A DNA stretch of 64,000 nt from an uncultured Gemmatimonadaceae bacterium (GCA_963781585.1 CAWAGQ010000008.1:256001-320000), one strand, 5' to 3'; shown: positions 20,324 through 30,602, counted from the stretch's first letter. Translations and numbers: made by a program. Notes: generated from the sequence alone by a model not told the origin.

Positions 20324-21142
20324 ATGAGTGCCCCGTCGCCCCCATCCCAGATCATATGCCCCGCCTGTGGCACAGCCGGAACAGGTCGGTACTGTGCAGA
20401 GTGTGGTGCCGTCCTTCAGGGTGCCACCTGCGCGGCCTGTCGTTCGCTTCTCGCTCCCGGGGCAAAGTTCTGCCACCGATGCGGAGCGACAGTCGGCTCG
20501 GCTCTCCCCGCGGCAACTCCCCTTCCGCCTGCCCACCGGGCGCCTGGTGCCCCTTCGGTAGGCTCACTCCCCTGGCTCTTTGCGGGCCTTGCCGTCGTGG
20601 CCTTGATCGTGATCCTGCTCGCTCAACGATCCGGCAATGCTGGCGTCGCAGGCGGAGGGACACCGGGCGGTGCTCCGTTTGCGGGCACTTCAGGCATGGC
20701 GTCCGCCCCCGACATCTCGTCCATGACACCTGAAGAGCGGGCCAGCCGACTTTTCGATCGTATCATGCGGTTGGCCACCGAAGGCAAGCAGGACAGCGTG
20801 AGCCTCTTTGCCTCGATGGCCATTCCCGTCTATGAGTCGTTAGGCCCCCTCAATGCGGACCAGCACTACGACTTCGGCCGTGTTGCCGAAGTGAGCGGCA
20901 GTCTCGACATCGCCGCGGCCCAAGCGGATTCGATTCTGAGACAATCACCGACTCACCTCCTCGGACTGATACTCGCCGCGCGTGTCGCCGACATGAAGGG
21001 CAACCAGGCCGCCCGGAATGCTTTCGAAAAACGATTCCTGGCCGCCCAAGCCGCCGAACTCGCGAAGAACCTCCCCGAGTACACTCTGCACCGCACCGAC
21101 ATCGAGGCCGCCGCTGCTGCCGCCAACTCTGGCAAGGGCTGA
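20324..21142 (+). CDS. Double zinc-ribbon membrane protein with C-terminal helical (TPR-like) domain
   Basis: Four CxxC pairs (CPAC, CAEC, CAAC, CHRC), one TM helix, helical C-terminus. Confidence 0.8.
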   Translation: MSAPSPPSQIICPACGTAGTGRYCAECGAVLQGATCAACRSLLAPGAKFCHRCGATVGSALPAATPLPPAHRAPGAPSVGSLPWLFAGLAVVALIVILLAQRSGNAGVAGGGTPGGAPFAGTSGMASAPDISSMTPEERASRLFDRIMRLATEGKQDSVSLFASMAIPVYESLGPLNADQHYDFGRVAEVSGSLDIAAAQADSILRQSPTHLLGLILAARVADMKGNQAARNAFEKRFLAAQAAELAKNLPEYTLHRTDIEAAAAAANSGKG

Positions 21143-21196
21143 CCCACTCGGCTGCTCCGCCTGCGTTCTAACCGTCAACTCCGCCGATCTTCACTC

Positions 21197-22039
21197 GTGA
21201 CCCCCCCCCGCACGATCCGAGTGTGCCACAGTCCGGACTCGGACGACGCCTTCATGTTCTTTGCCCTTGCCAAGGGACGGATCGCGACCGACGGCCTGAC
21301 ATATGTGCACGAACTTCAGGACATCGAAACGCTGAATCAGCGGGCCTTGCGTCGGGAGCTCGAAGTAACCGCCGTTTCCATTCACGCCTACGCTTACCTG
21401 GCGAATGACTACCTGCTTCTACCGCACGGCGCGTCGATGGGAGATCGCTACGGGCCGCGATTGGTCGCCAGGGGTCCCCTTAGTCGAACGGACATTCGCG
21501 GTCGTCGCGTGGCGATTCCGGGTCTCCTCACCAGCGCGTATCTCGCGCTCCGTCTGCTCGAGCCAGAATTCGAGGCGGTTACGACTCCGTTTGACCAGAT
21601 CGAGGCCGCAGTCGCCAGCGGAAGCGTTGATCTCGGACTCCTGATTCACGAGGGACAACTCACCTACCGCGATGTCGGACTCCACCTCGTCGTCGACCTC
21701 GGAGAGTGGTGGTATCATTCCACCGGTTTGCCACTTCCATTAGGTGGGAATATCATCCGCAGAGACCTTGGTAGCGACTTGATAGCGACAATTTCAAGAC
21801 ATCTACGAGACAGCATCGACTACTCACTAGCACATCGTCAGGACGCCTTGGATCACGCCATGGACTTCGCTCGAGGCCTCGACCGATCGCGTGCCGACAC
21901 ATTCGTGGACATGTACGTCAATAACTGGACCCGCGACTACGGCTCCCGCGGGCGCGAGGCCGTTCGCACGTTCCTGCAGCGCGGCGTTGACTCCGGCATC
22001 ATCCCGCATCCCATTCACGTCGAGTTCGCACCCGGCTGA
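21197..22039 (+). CDS. mqnD: 1,4-dihydroxy-6-naphthoate synthase (futalosine menaquinone pathway)
   Basis: HSPDSDDAFMF, DIETLN, LIHEGQLTY, PLPLG, MYVN motifs. Confidence 0.88.
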   Translation: MTPPRTIRVCHSPDSDDAFMFFALAKGRIATDGLTYVHELQDIETLNQRALRRELEVTAVSIHAYAYLANDYLLLPHGASMGDRYGPRLVARGPLSRTDIRGRRVAIPGLLTSAYLALRLLEPEFEAVTTPFDQIEAAVASGSVDLGLLIHEGQLTYRDVGLHLVVDLGEWWYHSTGLPLPLGGNIIRRDLGSDLIATISRHLRDSIDYSLAHRQDALDHAMDFARGLDRSRADTFVDMYVNNWTRDYGSRGREAVRTFLQRGVDSGIIPHPIHVEFAPG

Positions 22040-22496
22040 CACTGCTGCTGGGCGTCGCTGCAGCGCGTCATGCCGTGATCATCGGCACCGGCAAGAACCA
22101 CAGCCGCGAATGCGTACAGGCCTCGCTCCAGCACTCGGGTCAAATGCACACGCGGTCACCGTCCGACTCGACCGCGCTCCCAGTGCTGGCACCGTCGCAC
22201 CGCAGGGCCTAACGTTCGGGAGCGGCTCTGCTACGCCCGTACCGGCCATGCCCTGAGATAGACCGCCGTTCTGTAGCTCGGGCTTCCCCTCCCCTCCGTT
22301 GCCTGCCGAGCTCATTCTTCCGGCTTGACGCCGCGAGAACATGATTGTACTACGGTGTTCGCGCCGGGACCGTCTTGACCACGGCACGTCGCCGTGCGTA
22401 TCGGCACGGTGCTACCGACGCACGGGTTGCGACTGGCAGCGGCTCGTGATCTGACTTGGCATCTGTTTGGTTGATCACATCAAGCAGGAGGCGGTC

Positions 22497-23030
22497 ATGC
22501 CGCGCGGCGAGGAGTGGACGAGGAAGCTGAGGTTCTCCGACGAGGATGAGGTGGACGACCTCGGGTATGGCGGCTCCTCGTTCGACGATGATGAGGATGA
22601 CGACGAATCGGGATGGACGTCCGCGAAACAAAGCAGCGGTCTTTGGGACGAGCCGGAGGAAGCAGTCCTCGAGGAAGAAGAGGACCTCGTCGATCTCGCT
22701 GATGAGGAACCCGCAACCACGGTTGAAGCCGAGGAGGAGGAGATCGCGGTCTTCGGGGCACCACCCCCTGTCGCACGAGTGCGGGCAGCCAGAGGTTCCA
22801 CAACGCCTCGCAAGGAGACTGCAAAACCCGCTGCGGCCAAACCCCCGGCCCGGAAGCACCCCGCGGCAGCCGTGCGAAAGTCGGCCCCCAAGAAGAAGGC
22901 CGCGAAGAAAGCCCCGCCCAGGCGCTCGAAGCCCCCGGTGAAGAAGAAGGCCACCAGAAAAGGCGCCCCGAAACGCACTGTCGCTTCCAGGAGCTCCAAG
23001 CGCAGCAAACCCGCAAAGCACAAGAAGTAA
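22497..23030 (+). CDS. Low-complexity protein: acidic N-half, Lys/Ala/Pro-rich histone-H1-like C-half
   Basis: AGGAGG RBS before ATG 22497; D/E runs followed by PKKKAAKKAP-type repeats. Confidence 0.75.
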   Translation: MPRGEEWTRKLRFSDEDEVDDLGYGGSSFDDDEDDDESGWTSAKQSSGLWDEPEEAVLEEEEDLVDLADEEPATTVEAEEEEIAVFGAPPPVARVRAARGSTTPRKETAKPAAAKPPARKHPAAAVRKSAPKKKAAKKAPPRRSKPPVKKKATRKGAPKRTVASRSSKRSKPAKHKK

Positions 23031-23147
23031 TCACGTCTCCGCCTCACCCGTCGTTGGCGGGCGCTGCGTCTGCAAAGGCGCAAAACACGACCATCATCGA
23101 GCCTGTCGTCTGGCGGACCAAAGCGGACCCGGGGTAATCTTCGCGTC

Positions 23148-23693
23148 ATGGCGGAGTCCCCCCTCGCACTGCTTCGCGCTCACGCGCGTCACGCTCCCTG
23201 GAATGCGCGGGGACTCGCGGCACATGTGACTGCGCTCGTTGATGCAGCCGGCGTGCGACCGACCAACACGTCGGCGCGCGCCGCACCCACCGCGCGGGCG
23301 GTGCGATTCTACGTGTCCAATCAACTGATGGACCGCCCTGACGGACTCGGGACTGCGGCCACCTACAACTACCGTCACTTCCTTCAACTCCTTGCCATCA
23401 AGATACGACAGCGCGAGGGCATTACGCTCAGCGCGATCAAGAAGGAGATCAGGGAGACAACCGGTGATGCGCTGGAACGTCGTGTAGCGCAGGCCCTCGC
23501 CCCGGTCCTTCTCACCGGCACCCCCACTGCAGCCGGACACGACGATGAGCACGCTGCGTCATGGCGGCGCATTCCCGTCGCCGACGGTATCGAACTGCAC
23601 ATACGCGACGACTCTCCTGCATCACGAGATGATACCGTGGTTGCCATGCGGGAAGCCGTCAGAACCACGTTAGGCCGAACGGAGATGCGCTGA
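23148..23693 (+). CDS. MerR-type HTH DNA-binding protein
   Basis: TARAVRFYVSNQLMDRP...YNYRHFLQLLAIK...GITLSAI pattern. Confidence 0.8.
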   Translation: MAESPLALLRAHARHAPWNARGLAAHVTALVDAAGVRPTNTSARAAPTARAVRFYVSNQLMDRPDGLGTAATYNYRHFLQLLAIKIRQREGITLSAIKKEIRETTGDALERRVAQALAPVLLTGTPTAAGHDDEHAASWRRIPVADGIELHIRDDSPASRDDTVVAMREAVRTTLGRTEMR

Positions 23694-23700
23694 GGCGCCG

Positions 23701-24423
23701 ATGAGCACGACCACGGACTTCCGACAATCGGTAATCGTTATCACCGGGGTCGGGCGTCGAGGACAGGTTGGAGAGATCGTCGCCCGGGCGTTCCTTCAGC
23801 GCGGTGCAACGGTGTGCGTCGTCGAACGCGATCGTATGCTCATCGACGAGCGCGTCGCAGACCTCGCAGGGGCCGACAACAGAGTCTACGGGTTCGCATG
23901 TGACCTCACCGATCCTGCGGCCGTGGCACCGGTCGTTGATCGTCTCGAGACCCTTGCCCCTGCTGGCGTCGCCGCCTTGGTGAACATGGCAGGCGGTTTT
24001 GCCATCAGCGGTCCAGTCGGCGGCTCCGATCCCGAGACGTGGCACCGGCTCTTCTCGATAAACCTCACGACCGCGTACGTAGCTACTCGCGCCCTCCTCC
24101 CTCTGCTGCGCCGCGCACATGGCTCGATCGTCTACTTCTCCTCGGCGAGCGCCTTGCCGGGAGCGAGTGTCGCCGAAATCGCCGCCTACGCCGGCGCCAA
24201 AGGTGCCGTCCTCACCCTCATGCGCGCCGTCGCCTCGGAGGAGCGCGAGGCCGGCGTTCGTGCGAACGCGCTCGCACCAAACGCGATACGAACGACGGCA
24301 AACCTCCAGGCGATGGGCGATCGCACAACCTATGTCGAGCGGGAGACAGTTGCTGACTGGGTACTCTGGCTTGCGGCCCCGGGCTCTGGACCGGTCACAG
24401 GTCAGGTGATCAAACTCGGGTAG
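23701..24423 (+). CDS. Short-chain dehydrogenase/reductase
   Basis: ITGVGRRGQVG, NMAGG, YAGAK, RANALAP. Confidence 0.9.
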   Translation: MSTTTDFRQSVIVITGVGRRGQVGEIVARAFLQRGATVCVVERDRMLIDERVADLAGADNRVYGFACDLTDPAAVAPVVDRLETLAPAGVAALVNMAGGFAISGPVGGSDPETWHRLFSINLTTAYVATRALLPLLRRAHGSIVYFSSASALPGASVAEIAAYAGAKGAVLTLMRAVASEEREAGVRANALAPNAIRTTANLQAMGDRTTYVERETVADWVLWLAAPGSGPVTGQVIKLG

Positions 24424-24433
24424 CGGAGTCCCC

Positions 24434-25321
24434 GTGCTCGGTGATCCGACTCCATCCAGGACCGATGGCTATCCGAGCTCCACTGGAAGGCGCGTGCCGG
24501 GTCGCCTTGTTCTGCTCGACCGCTCTCTGGAAGGCCTCCCGCTCTTTCGGCTCAGCGACTCATCGGAAGAGTCAGCAATCGTTTTCTTGCCGGAAGCGGG
24601 CGGGAGGTGGCGTGTGATCCCGAATCCCGGAGATCGACTTCCGGGTACCTTCGACCAGGATGTCTATGTCGAGGTGTGCCGCCGCTATGTCGATTCCGGC
24701 ATGCCTCCTGATGGGATCATCCGTTTCAAGTTGCACGCCTTTCTCCGGTCGATTGGTCGGCGCGCGGATGGCCGTACCTACGAACAACTCCGCAGTGCCC
24801 TCGTTCGGCTCGAACGCACATCGCTGGAATCCACCGCCAGTTACTGGAACGCCTCCGCAGGAAGCGCGCTCAATCTGCGCTTCAGCCTCTTTCAAGCGGT
24901 GGCCATTGACCGCAGAAGAACCCTCGACCGCGATCAGATACCTCTGTTCTCATCGCTCGCTGCCAACGAACCCGGTGACGCACGCGTCACCTTGGCGCCG
25001 ACCATACGGACCAACATCGCCGCCGGTCATGTGTCCATGGTCTCCACCGCACAGTACTTCTCACTCTCCTCTCCTGTCGCACGCAGGCTCTACCGCCTGC
25101 TCGAGGTGGCGCGCGCGGAAGGACTGTTGGTGTGGCGCATCCCGCTTACGCAACTGGCCGATCGTGTGCCGCTCTCACAGCACTATCCCTCTCACTTGAG
25201 GCGAGTCCTCCAACCGGCCCACGAAATGCTCCTTTCCGCCGGGATAGTGCGGGACGCTCGGTTTCGACAGGTCGGCCGCCGCTGGATTGCCGACTATGTT
25301 CTTGCCACTCGGCTCAGGTGA
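24434..25321 (+). CDS. Plasmid-type replication initiator protein (RepA/RPA-TrfA-like winged helix)
   Basis: LPGTFDQDVY, FLRSIGRRADGRTYEQLRSALVRLERT, YFSLSSPVARRLYRLL, LQPAHEML resemble RepA-family initiators. Confidence 0.7.
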   Translation: MLGDPTPSRTDGYPSSTGRRVPGRLVLLDRSLEGLPLFRLSDSSEESAIVFLPEAGGRWRVIPNPGDRLPGTFDQDVYVEVCRRYVDSGMPPDGIIRFKLHAFLRSIGRRADGRTYEQLRSALVRLERTSLESTASYWNASAGSALNLRFSLFQAVAIDRRRTLDRDQIPLFSSLAANEPGDARVTLAPTIRTNIAAGHVSMVSTAQYFSLSSPVARRLYRLLEVARAEGLLVWRIPLTQLADRVPLSQHYPSHLRRVLQPAHEMLLSAGIVRDARFRQVGRRWIADYVLATRLR

Positions 25322-25690
25322 AGTACTCACATTTGGCCCCAGGACGATGTCACGGTAGCGGGCAACCCAATGCTCTGACCACCCTTGATGCTGCTTCGCC
25401 TCCTCCCCCGCTGTCGGGATTTGTCGCCTGACCCCCATCCCGAGAACCCTCGGACCCTACCCGGCGTCGAACTGAGCAGTCGGGACTTCCGGGATCATCT
25501 TGCGCTGCGCTAGGCTTGAAGTAATTACCATCGGTTCGCACATCCGCGGTGTTCCCTCCCGGGCTGCGGCATCATCTTCGTGACCTCCAAAGCGGCGGCC
25601 ACGTCATGGAAGTACTCGGGGCCGAAGGAACTTGCGGCGCCCGACCACGTATTCAGACGGTAGCAAATTCACCTCTCACCGAGTCTCTCG

Positions 25691-27274
25691 ATGCGCCGGA
25701 TCCGCAAAGTCGCACTCGCGGGCGTTGTCCTTGTTCCGCTCCTTGCGGGGGCTTTCGTCGTCCAGGAACGGTCGTCCCGCGAGGGAGGGCGCCTCTTCAG
25801 TCAGGTCCTTGATCTGGTTTCGAACAAGTTTGTCGACTCGGTGAACGATGGGGATCTCTACGAGAAGGCCGCACGCGGTCTCGTCGAGCAGCTACAGGAC
25901 CCCTATTCGGAGCTGATGTCGCCTAAACAGCTCCAACAGTTCAACACCACGACCGCAGGGCGCTACGGCGGACTGGGGATGCGAATTGAGGAGCAGGCCG
26001 GCAAGGGCGTCATCGTGTCACAGGTCTTCCCCAACACGCCGGCGGAGAACGCAGGTATTCGCGAGGGCGACCAGATTGTGGCCGTGGACTCGCTATCTAC
26101 ACGAGGCTGGAACTCGCGCCGCATCTCTGATTCGCTGACAGGCACTCCGGGGACCAAGGTCACCGCCAGCTTCGCCCGGCCCGGTGTGCCTGAGCCTATC
26201 AAAGCGACGTTTACACGCGCCCTGATCCACGTCCCCGCGGTCCCCTACGCCATCGTCCTGGACGGCGGCGTCGGTTACGTCCCTCTGCAAGGATTCATGG
26301 AGACGGCGACCACCGAGATGGCGACGGCCGTCCGAAATCTGCAGACGCAGAACGTCAAGGGACTCATCATCGATCTTCGTGGCAACCCGGGTGGCTTTCT
26401 CGAGCAGGCACTTGCGATCAGCAATCTCTTCCTCAAGGAAGGGACGGAGATCGCAAGCGTTCGCGGACGAAACATGGACCCGCAGACCTACTTCGCACGC
26501 GAGCGGCCCCTCGCCGCGACGTTGCCGCTGGTCGTCCTGACCGACCAGTACACTGCGTCAGCGTCTGAAATAGTTGCGGGCGCTCTGCAGGATCATGATC
26601 GAGCGGTCATTGTCGGTTCGACGTCCTTCGGGAAAGGTCTTGTACAGAGCCTTTTCTCACTCGATGGCGGCTACGCACTCAAGATGACGACCGCGAAGTG
26701 GTATACGCCGAGCGGTCGCTCAATTCAGAAGGAGCGGCGCCTCAACGACGAGGGTATTTTGGTCGAGGTCCATCCTGACTCGCTGGAAACGGATTCGGCA
26801 CGCAAAGCGCGTCCGGTTTTCCATTCGGACGACGGCCGTATCGTGTACGGAGGAGGGGCCATCACCCCGGACCTGGTTGTACAACCCGACACGTTCACCA
26901 CCGCCGAGCAAGAGTTTCGCAAGGTCACGGCGGCAAAATGGCCGGACATCTACAGCGTGATCTACGACTACTCACTCGAACTGAAGCCGACGGTTTCGCG
27001 CGACTTTACCGTGAAGCCAGCCTGGCGTGAAGAGCTCTACCAGCGGCTCCACAAGAAGGGGATCGAGATCGACAAGAAACTCTACGATGGCGCGGCTCGG
27101 TACATCGACGACTACCTAGAACAGCGCATCACCCGGTTCGCGTTCGGGGATTCCACTGCCCGACGGCGAAGTCTCCACGACGATCCGCAGTTGCGTCGCG
27201 CCTTGGACCTTCTGCAGCATGGCCAGTCGCAGAAGGAGCTATTTACGCTCGTCGCAGCCAACAATCCGCATTAG
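25691..27274 (+). CDS. ctpA: Carboxy-terminal processing protease (S41, PDZ domain)
   Basis: DPYS, GLG-PDZ, DLRGNPGG, TASASEI, SFGKG, TPSGRSIQ. Confidence 0.93.
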   Translation: MRRIRKVALAGVVLVPLLAGAFVVQERSSREGGRLFSQVLDLVSNKFVDSVNDGDLYEKAARGLVEQLQDPYSELMSPKQLQQFNTTTAGRYGGLGMRIEEQAGKGVIVSQVFPNTPAENAGIREGDQIVAVDSLSTRGWNSRRISDSLTGTPGTKVTASFARPGVPEPIKATFTRALIHVPAVPYAIVLDGGVGYVPLQGFMETATTEMATAVRNLQTQNVKGLIIDLRGNPGGFLEQALAISNLFLKEGTEIASVRGRNMDPQTYFARERPLAATLPLVVLTDQYTASASEIVAGALQDHDRAVIVGSTSFGKGLVQSLFSLDGGYALKMTTAKWYTPSGRSIQKERRLNDEGILVEVHPDSLETDSARKARPVFHSDDGRIVYGGGAITPDLVVQPDTFTTAEQEFRKVTAAKWPDIYSVIYDYSLELKPTVSRDFTVKPAWREELYQRLHKKGIEIDKKLYDGAARYIDDYLEQRITRFAFGDSTARRRSLHDDPQLRRALDLLQHGQSQKELFTLVAANNPH

Positions 27275-27285
27275 ATTCTCGAGGC

Positions 27286-28332
27286 ATGCGAGTCTTGTTC
27301 TGCGGCGCCGCCACCACTCTCGTGGCGGCGCTCTCATCTGTGCAGGCGCAGAAGCCGGTAGCCATCACCCCCGAGCCCACGGAGCGCCACCTCACCAACG
27401 TCGTGCGGCTGACGGCCGGCGGCGAAAACGCCGAAGCGTACTTCAGCCACGACGGCCAGTGGATCACGTTCCAGACAACCCGCGACGGCTACCCGTGTGA
27501 TCAGCAGTACGTGATGCGCGTCGACGGCACTGCACTGCATCGCATTTCCAACGGCCGTGGGAAGACCACGTGTGGCTGGTTCTTCCCGGGAGACCGTCGA
27601 CTCTTCTTCGCGTCATCGCAGGCATACGACAGCGTCTGTCCGCCGCGACCCGACCCCTCGAAGGGATACGTCTGGGGACTGGACCGCTACGACATCTATA
27701 CGGTCAACCGGGACGGTACCGATTTGCGACGCCTCACCAACTACGGCGTCTACACGGCCGAAGGCGTGCTGTCTCCGGATGGAGGCAGGATTGTCTTCAC
27801 GTCGTTGAAGGATGGCGACCTTGAGATCTACACGATGAACGTCGACGGCTCCGACGTTCGCCGCCTAACGAACGCAGCTGGATACGACGGTGGGCCGTGG
27901 TGGTCGCCCGATGGCACCAAGATCGCGTATCGCGCCTACCATCCCACCGACCCCGCCGAACTCGCAGACTACCAGAGCCTGCTCCAGCAGCGGCTCGTCC
28001 GGCCGACCAAGATGGAACTCTGGGTGATGAATGCCGACGGAACCAACCAGCACCAGATCACCCACCTCGGTGGAGCGAACTTCGGACCTTCGTGGACCCC
28101 CGACGGCAAGCGCATCATCTTCTCATCAAACTACAAGAACCCGAAAAGCCGCAATTTCGATCTGTATCTAGTCAACCTCGACGGAACAAGGCTCGAGCAG
28201 ATCACCACGCATCCGGAGTTCGACGGCTTTCCGATGTTCAGCCCGGACGGCAGGAAACTCATCTGGGCCTCCAATCGAGACGCCGCGAGAGAGGGGGAAA
28301 CCAACCTCCTGATCGCCGACTGGAAGAACTAG
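27286..28332 (+). CDS. TolB-like beta-propeller protein with PD40 repeats, secreted
   Basis: Repeated WSPDG/FSPDG/WTPDG motifs; signal peptide. Confidence 0.9.
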   Translation: MRVLFCGAATTLVAALSSVQAQKPVAITPEPTERHLTNVVRLTAGGENAEAYFSHDGQWITFQTTRDGYPCDQQYVMRVDGTALHRISNGRGKTTCGWFFPGDRRLFFASSQAYDSVCPPRPDPSKGYVWGLDRYDIYTVNRDGTDLRRLTNYGVYTAEGVLSPDGGRIVFTSLKDGDLEIYTMNVDGSDVRRLTNAAGYDGGPWWSPDGTKIAYRAYHPTDPAELADYQSLLQQRLVRPTKMELWVMNADGTNQHQITHLGGANFGPSWTPDGKRIIFSSNYKNPKSRNFDLYLVNLDGTRLEQITTHPEFDGFPMFSPDGRKLIWASNRDAAREGETNLLIADWKN

Positions 28333-28830
28333 CTCTAACACGACCCGGCCGCGCATCCCGCTGAACTCCCCCACGAGAGGGCAGCGACTGATCTGCCTGA
28401 TCTGTCGTTGTCTGGAGGGCCGTGCCTTCCCTCCCCAAGGCAAGGGGGCTCCAACATCTCATGCGGCACGGCGCGCAGTCGGCTCACGCAGGGCAGTTGG
28501 CATTATTGTCGGAAGGTGTCGGGTGTCACGGCGCGCGGCTTAGAGTTGTGGTAGTTGGTTGCGCTCGGTGCCACAACGTTGTCGCTCGAATGCGCGTTAT
28601 GAACGCGGCCGCCCTTCGGAAATACAGTTCGATCCGGATTGCCCCTCAGCTTGGGGCAAGGTGTTTGCTGCGGCCGAGTCGGAGGGAGCCGCCAATCGGC
28701 TCGCACAGCTCCATGTATCACGGCACATGGTTGAGTGCCAAACTTGGCGATGTGACCTTTGGTGGTTACTTTTCAGGTGGCCCCGGTTCCCCAGCGGGGA
28801 AACGTTGGCTGCACCATCCAAGGAGGCCTA

Positions 28831-29040
28831 ATGCGCAAACCCCGTCCGGCGACATACAACCCCGCACAGGCTCTGCATCTCATCGCCAGCGACAGGAATG
28901 GTGCTCCGCTCAGCTGTCCGTCGTGCGCTGGCGCAATCGAACGCTCCCCGGCGCTCGTGCCACCGCCGCCGCGTTCGCACGTGACGCTGCGCTGCACGTC
29001 TTGTGGGCGGGTGGCCCGTTACATCGCCGGAGCTGCTTAG
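28831..29040 (+). CDS. Small zinc-ribbon protein (69 aa)
   Basis: AGGAGG RBS; CPSC...CTSC; candidate promoter TTGGCG-N17-TACTTT at 28744-28772. Confidence 0.7.
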   Translation: MRKPRPATYNPAQALHLIASDRNGAPLSCPSCAGAIERSPALVPPPPRSHVTLRCTSCGRVARYIAGAA

Positions 29041-29252
29041 CAGTTGCCGCCACCAGCAGCTCGTGCGTCACTCAGTTCCGCCAGGTAAGGACCGCTCCCG
29101 ACATTGCCATGTCGGGAGCGCGCTCGTTATGGGGCCGCAATACCGAGGGTTTGCTCGCTCCCATGATTCACATCCGCGCACTCGCCTCAGGCGTTTGCAT
29201 GCGGTGCATGTACTACCGTCAGCCCCCGGCAGTGGGGAAGAGGAACAGCTGC

Positions 29253-29459
29253 ATGACACGCATCAGCGGAACAGTGAAGTGGTTCAACGATGCCAAGGGC
29301 TTTGGCTTCATCTCCCGTGAGGGCGGGCCGGATGTTTTCGTCCATTTCAGTGCGATCCAGATGCCCGGCTTCAAGTCGCTTGCAGAGGGCGACCGGGTTG
29401 AGTTTGAAATCGTCCAGGGCCAGAAGGGACCGCAGGCCTCCGAAGTCGTGAAGGTGTAG
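29253..29459 (+). CDS. csp: Cold-shock protein
   Basis: [29 protein letters not shown]. Confidence 0.96.
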   Translation: MTRISGTVKWFNDAKGFGFISREGGPDVFVHFSAIQMPGFKSLAEGDRVEFEIVQGQKGPQASEVVKV

Positions 29460-29483
29460 ACCGCAACCTCACGCCAGAACAAC

Positions 29484-29522
29484 GCGCCCCCAAGAGCCGC
29501 AGGCCCTGGGGCGCTTTCGTTT
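29484..29522 (+). terminator. Probable intrinsic terminator after csp
   Basis: GCGCCCC...GGGGCGC stem followed by TTTCGTTT. Confidence 0.55.
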
Positions 29523-29862
29523 GTGACAACCACATGTCGTACCCAGGGACCGAATTACGCCGAGAGCCGCGATGTTGACAGGGACGCATAACTGTCGTAG
29601 ATGCTGGTAACAGTTACTATTCTGCCATTGTCGTGCTCGGTCCTCAAGATTCAACTGCAAGAAGCCCAAGACAACTCACACCCGCTGTGCCAGCACCTGC
29701 TTGCCCCGGGACTGCTTGCAAGTAAAGCACTGAGCTTTGGGCCGGGGCCCGGGCTGGGATGGGGCTCGTAACGAATCACTCGTCTAGTTCGTCACGTATT
29801 CGGTCGAAAACGGGTGTCATCCCTCGCCTTGCCCTCTCTTGCCCACTAATAGCCCCCCTGAG

Positions 29863-30147
29863 ATGCAGGGTCGCAGAATCCTCTACCGGCGCGAGCTTCC
29901 CGGTGGAGGATTCGTCAACGTTCACGAAGCGCCGGTCGCGGCGGGAGAACCGCACAGGGCGTACATCTCCGTGGAGCGTCGATCGGACCCGGAGCGGCGC
30001 GACGGGCATGCCGCACCCGTCATCGCTACTGCCGAAGGCACGTCGACTCACACCGTGTTTCGCCAGCTTCTCGAGATCGCCTCAGATAATGTCGCCATTG
30101 CACGCGCATTACTGCGATGGCAGTCCGATGGGAAGGCGCGGTTCTAG
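29863..30147 (+). CDS. Small hypothetical protein
   Basis: MQGRRILYRRELPGGG... globular-looking ORF in an otherwise empty region. Confidence 0.6.
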   Translation: MQGRRILYRRELPGGGFVNVHEAPVAAGEPHRAYISVERRSDPERRDGHAAPVIATAEGTSTHTVFRQLLEIASDNVAIARALLRWQSDGKARF

Positions 30148-30284
30148 TCAGCAGTAAACGGTTGTCTGGGGTAACTCACCCTCTACCTGCTTCCAGGTCG
30201 CGGCAGCTCACTATTCCGCCATGCCTGTGAACTGCTGTGGCGGCGGATGGTCCTACCAGTCTCGCCCGGCGCTGCTCGGAAGTG

Positions 30285-30602
30285 TCAGCCGGCACCGAGG
30301 TGGGACGTCGCGCGCTCGAAGGGTAGCTCCATCTGCCGCATCTCGGTGTCTTGCCCGGCTGGCGATCGTCGACGCGTAGCGGGATCGCTGCAGACCCCCA
30401 GCAGATGTGCCGTCTGGTGGTACAGATGCAGCGCAAGCAGGGGGGCGACGAACGCGCGCCGCTGACCATCGGCAATCGCGACGGCTTCGTCTCGCACGGC
30501 GCGGGGAAGGGCTCGCGAAAGCGGATGCGCCAGGAGCGCACGGATGCGCTCGCAATCACGCGCGATCAGGGCACCGCAGAGTGAGTCGAGGAAGGCGAGC
30601 AC
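30285..30602 (-). CDS. Small hypothetical protein with C-terminal QMELPF motif
   Basis: GGAGG RBS before GTG 30602; AT-rich promoter region upstream. Confidence 0.65.
   Translation of the reverse strand: MLAFLDSLCGALIARDCERIRALLAHPLSRALPRAVRDEAVAIADGQRRAFVAPLLALHLYHQTAHLLGVCSDPATRRRSPAGQDTEMRQMELPFERATSHLGAG

Noticed and set aside
25322..25690. Iteron origin downstream of the Rep-like gene
   Set aside because: Only a short GAAGTACTC duplication; no regular direct repeats, DnaA boxes or AT-rich unwinding region.
28422..29252. 345-aa ORF fused to the cold-shock domain
   Set aside because: The upstream part looks non-coding and overlaps the zinc-ribbon ORF; csp has its own RBS and ATG at 29253.
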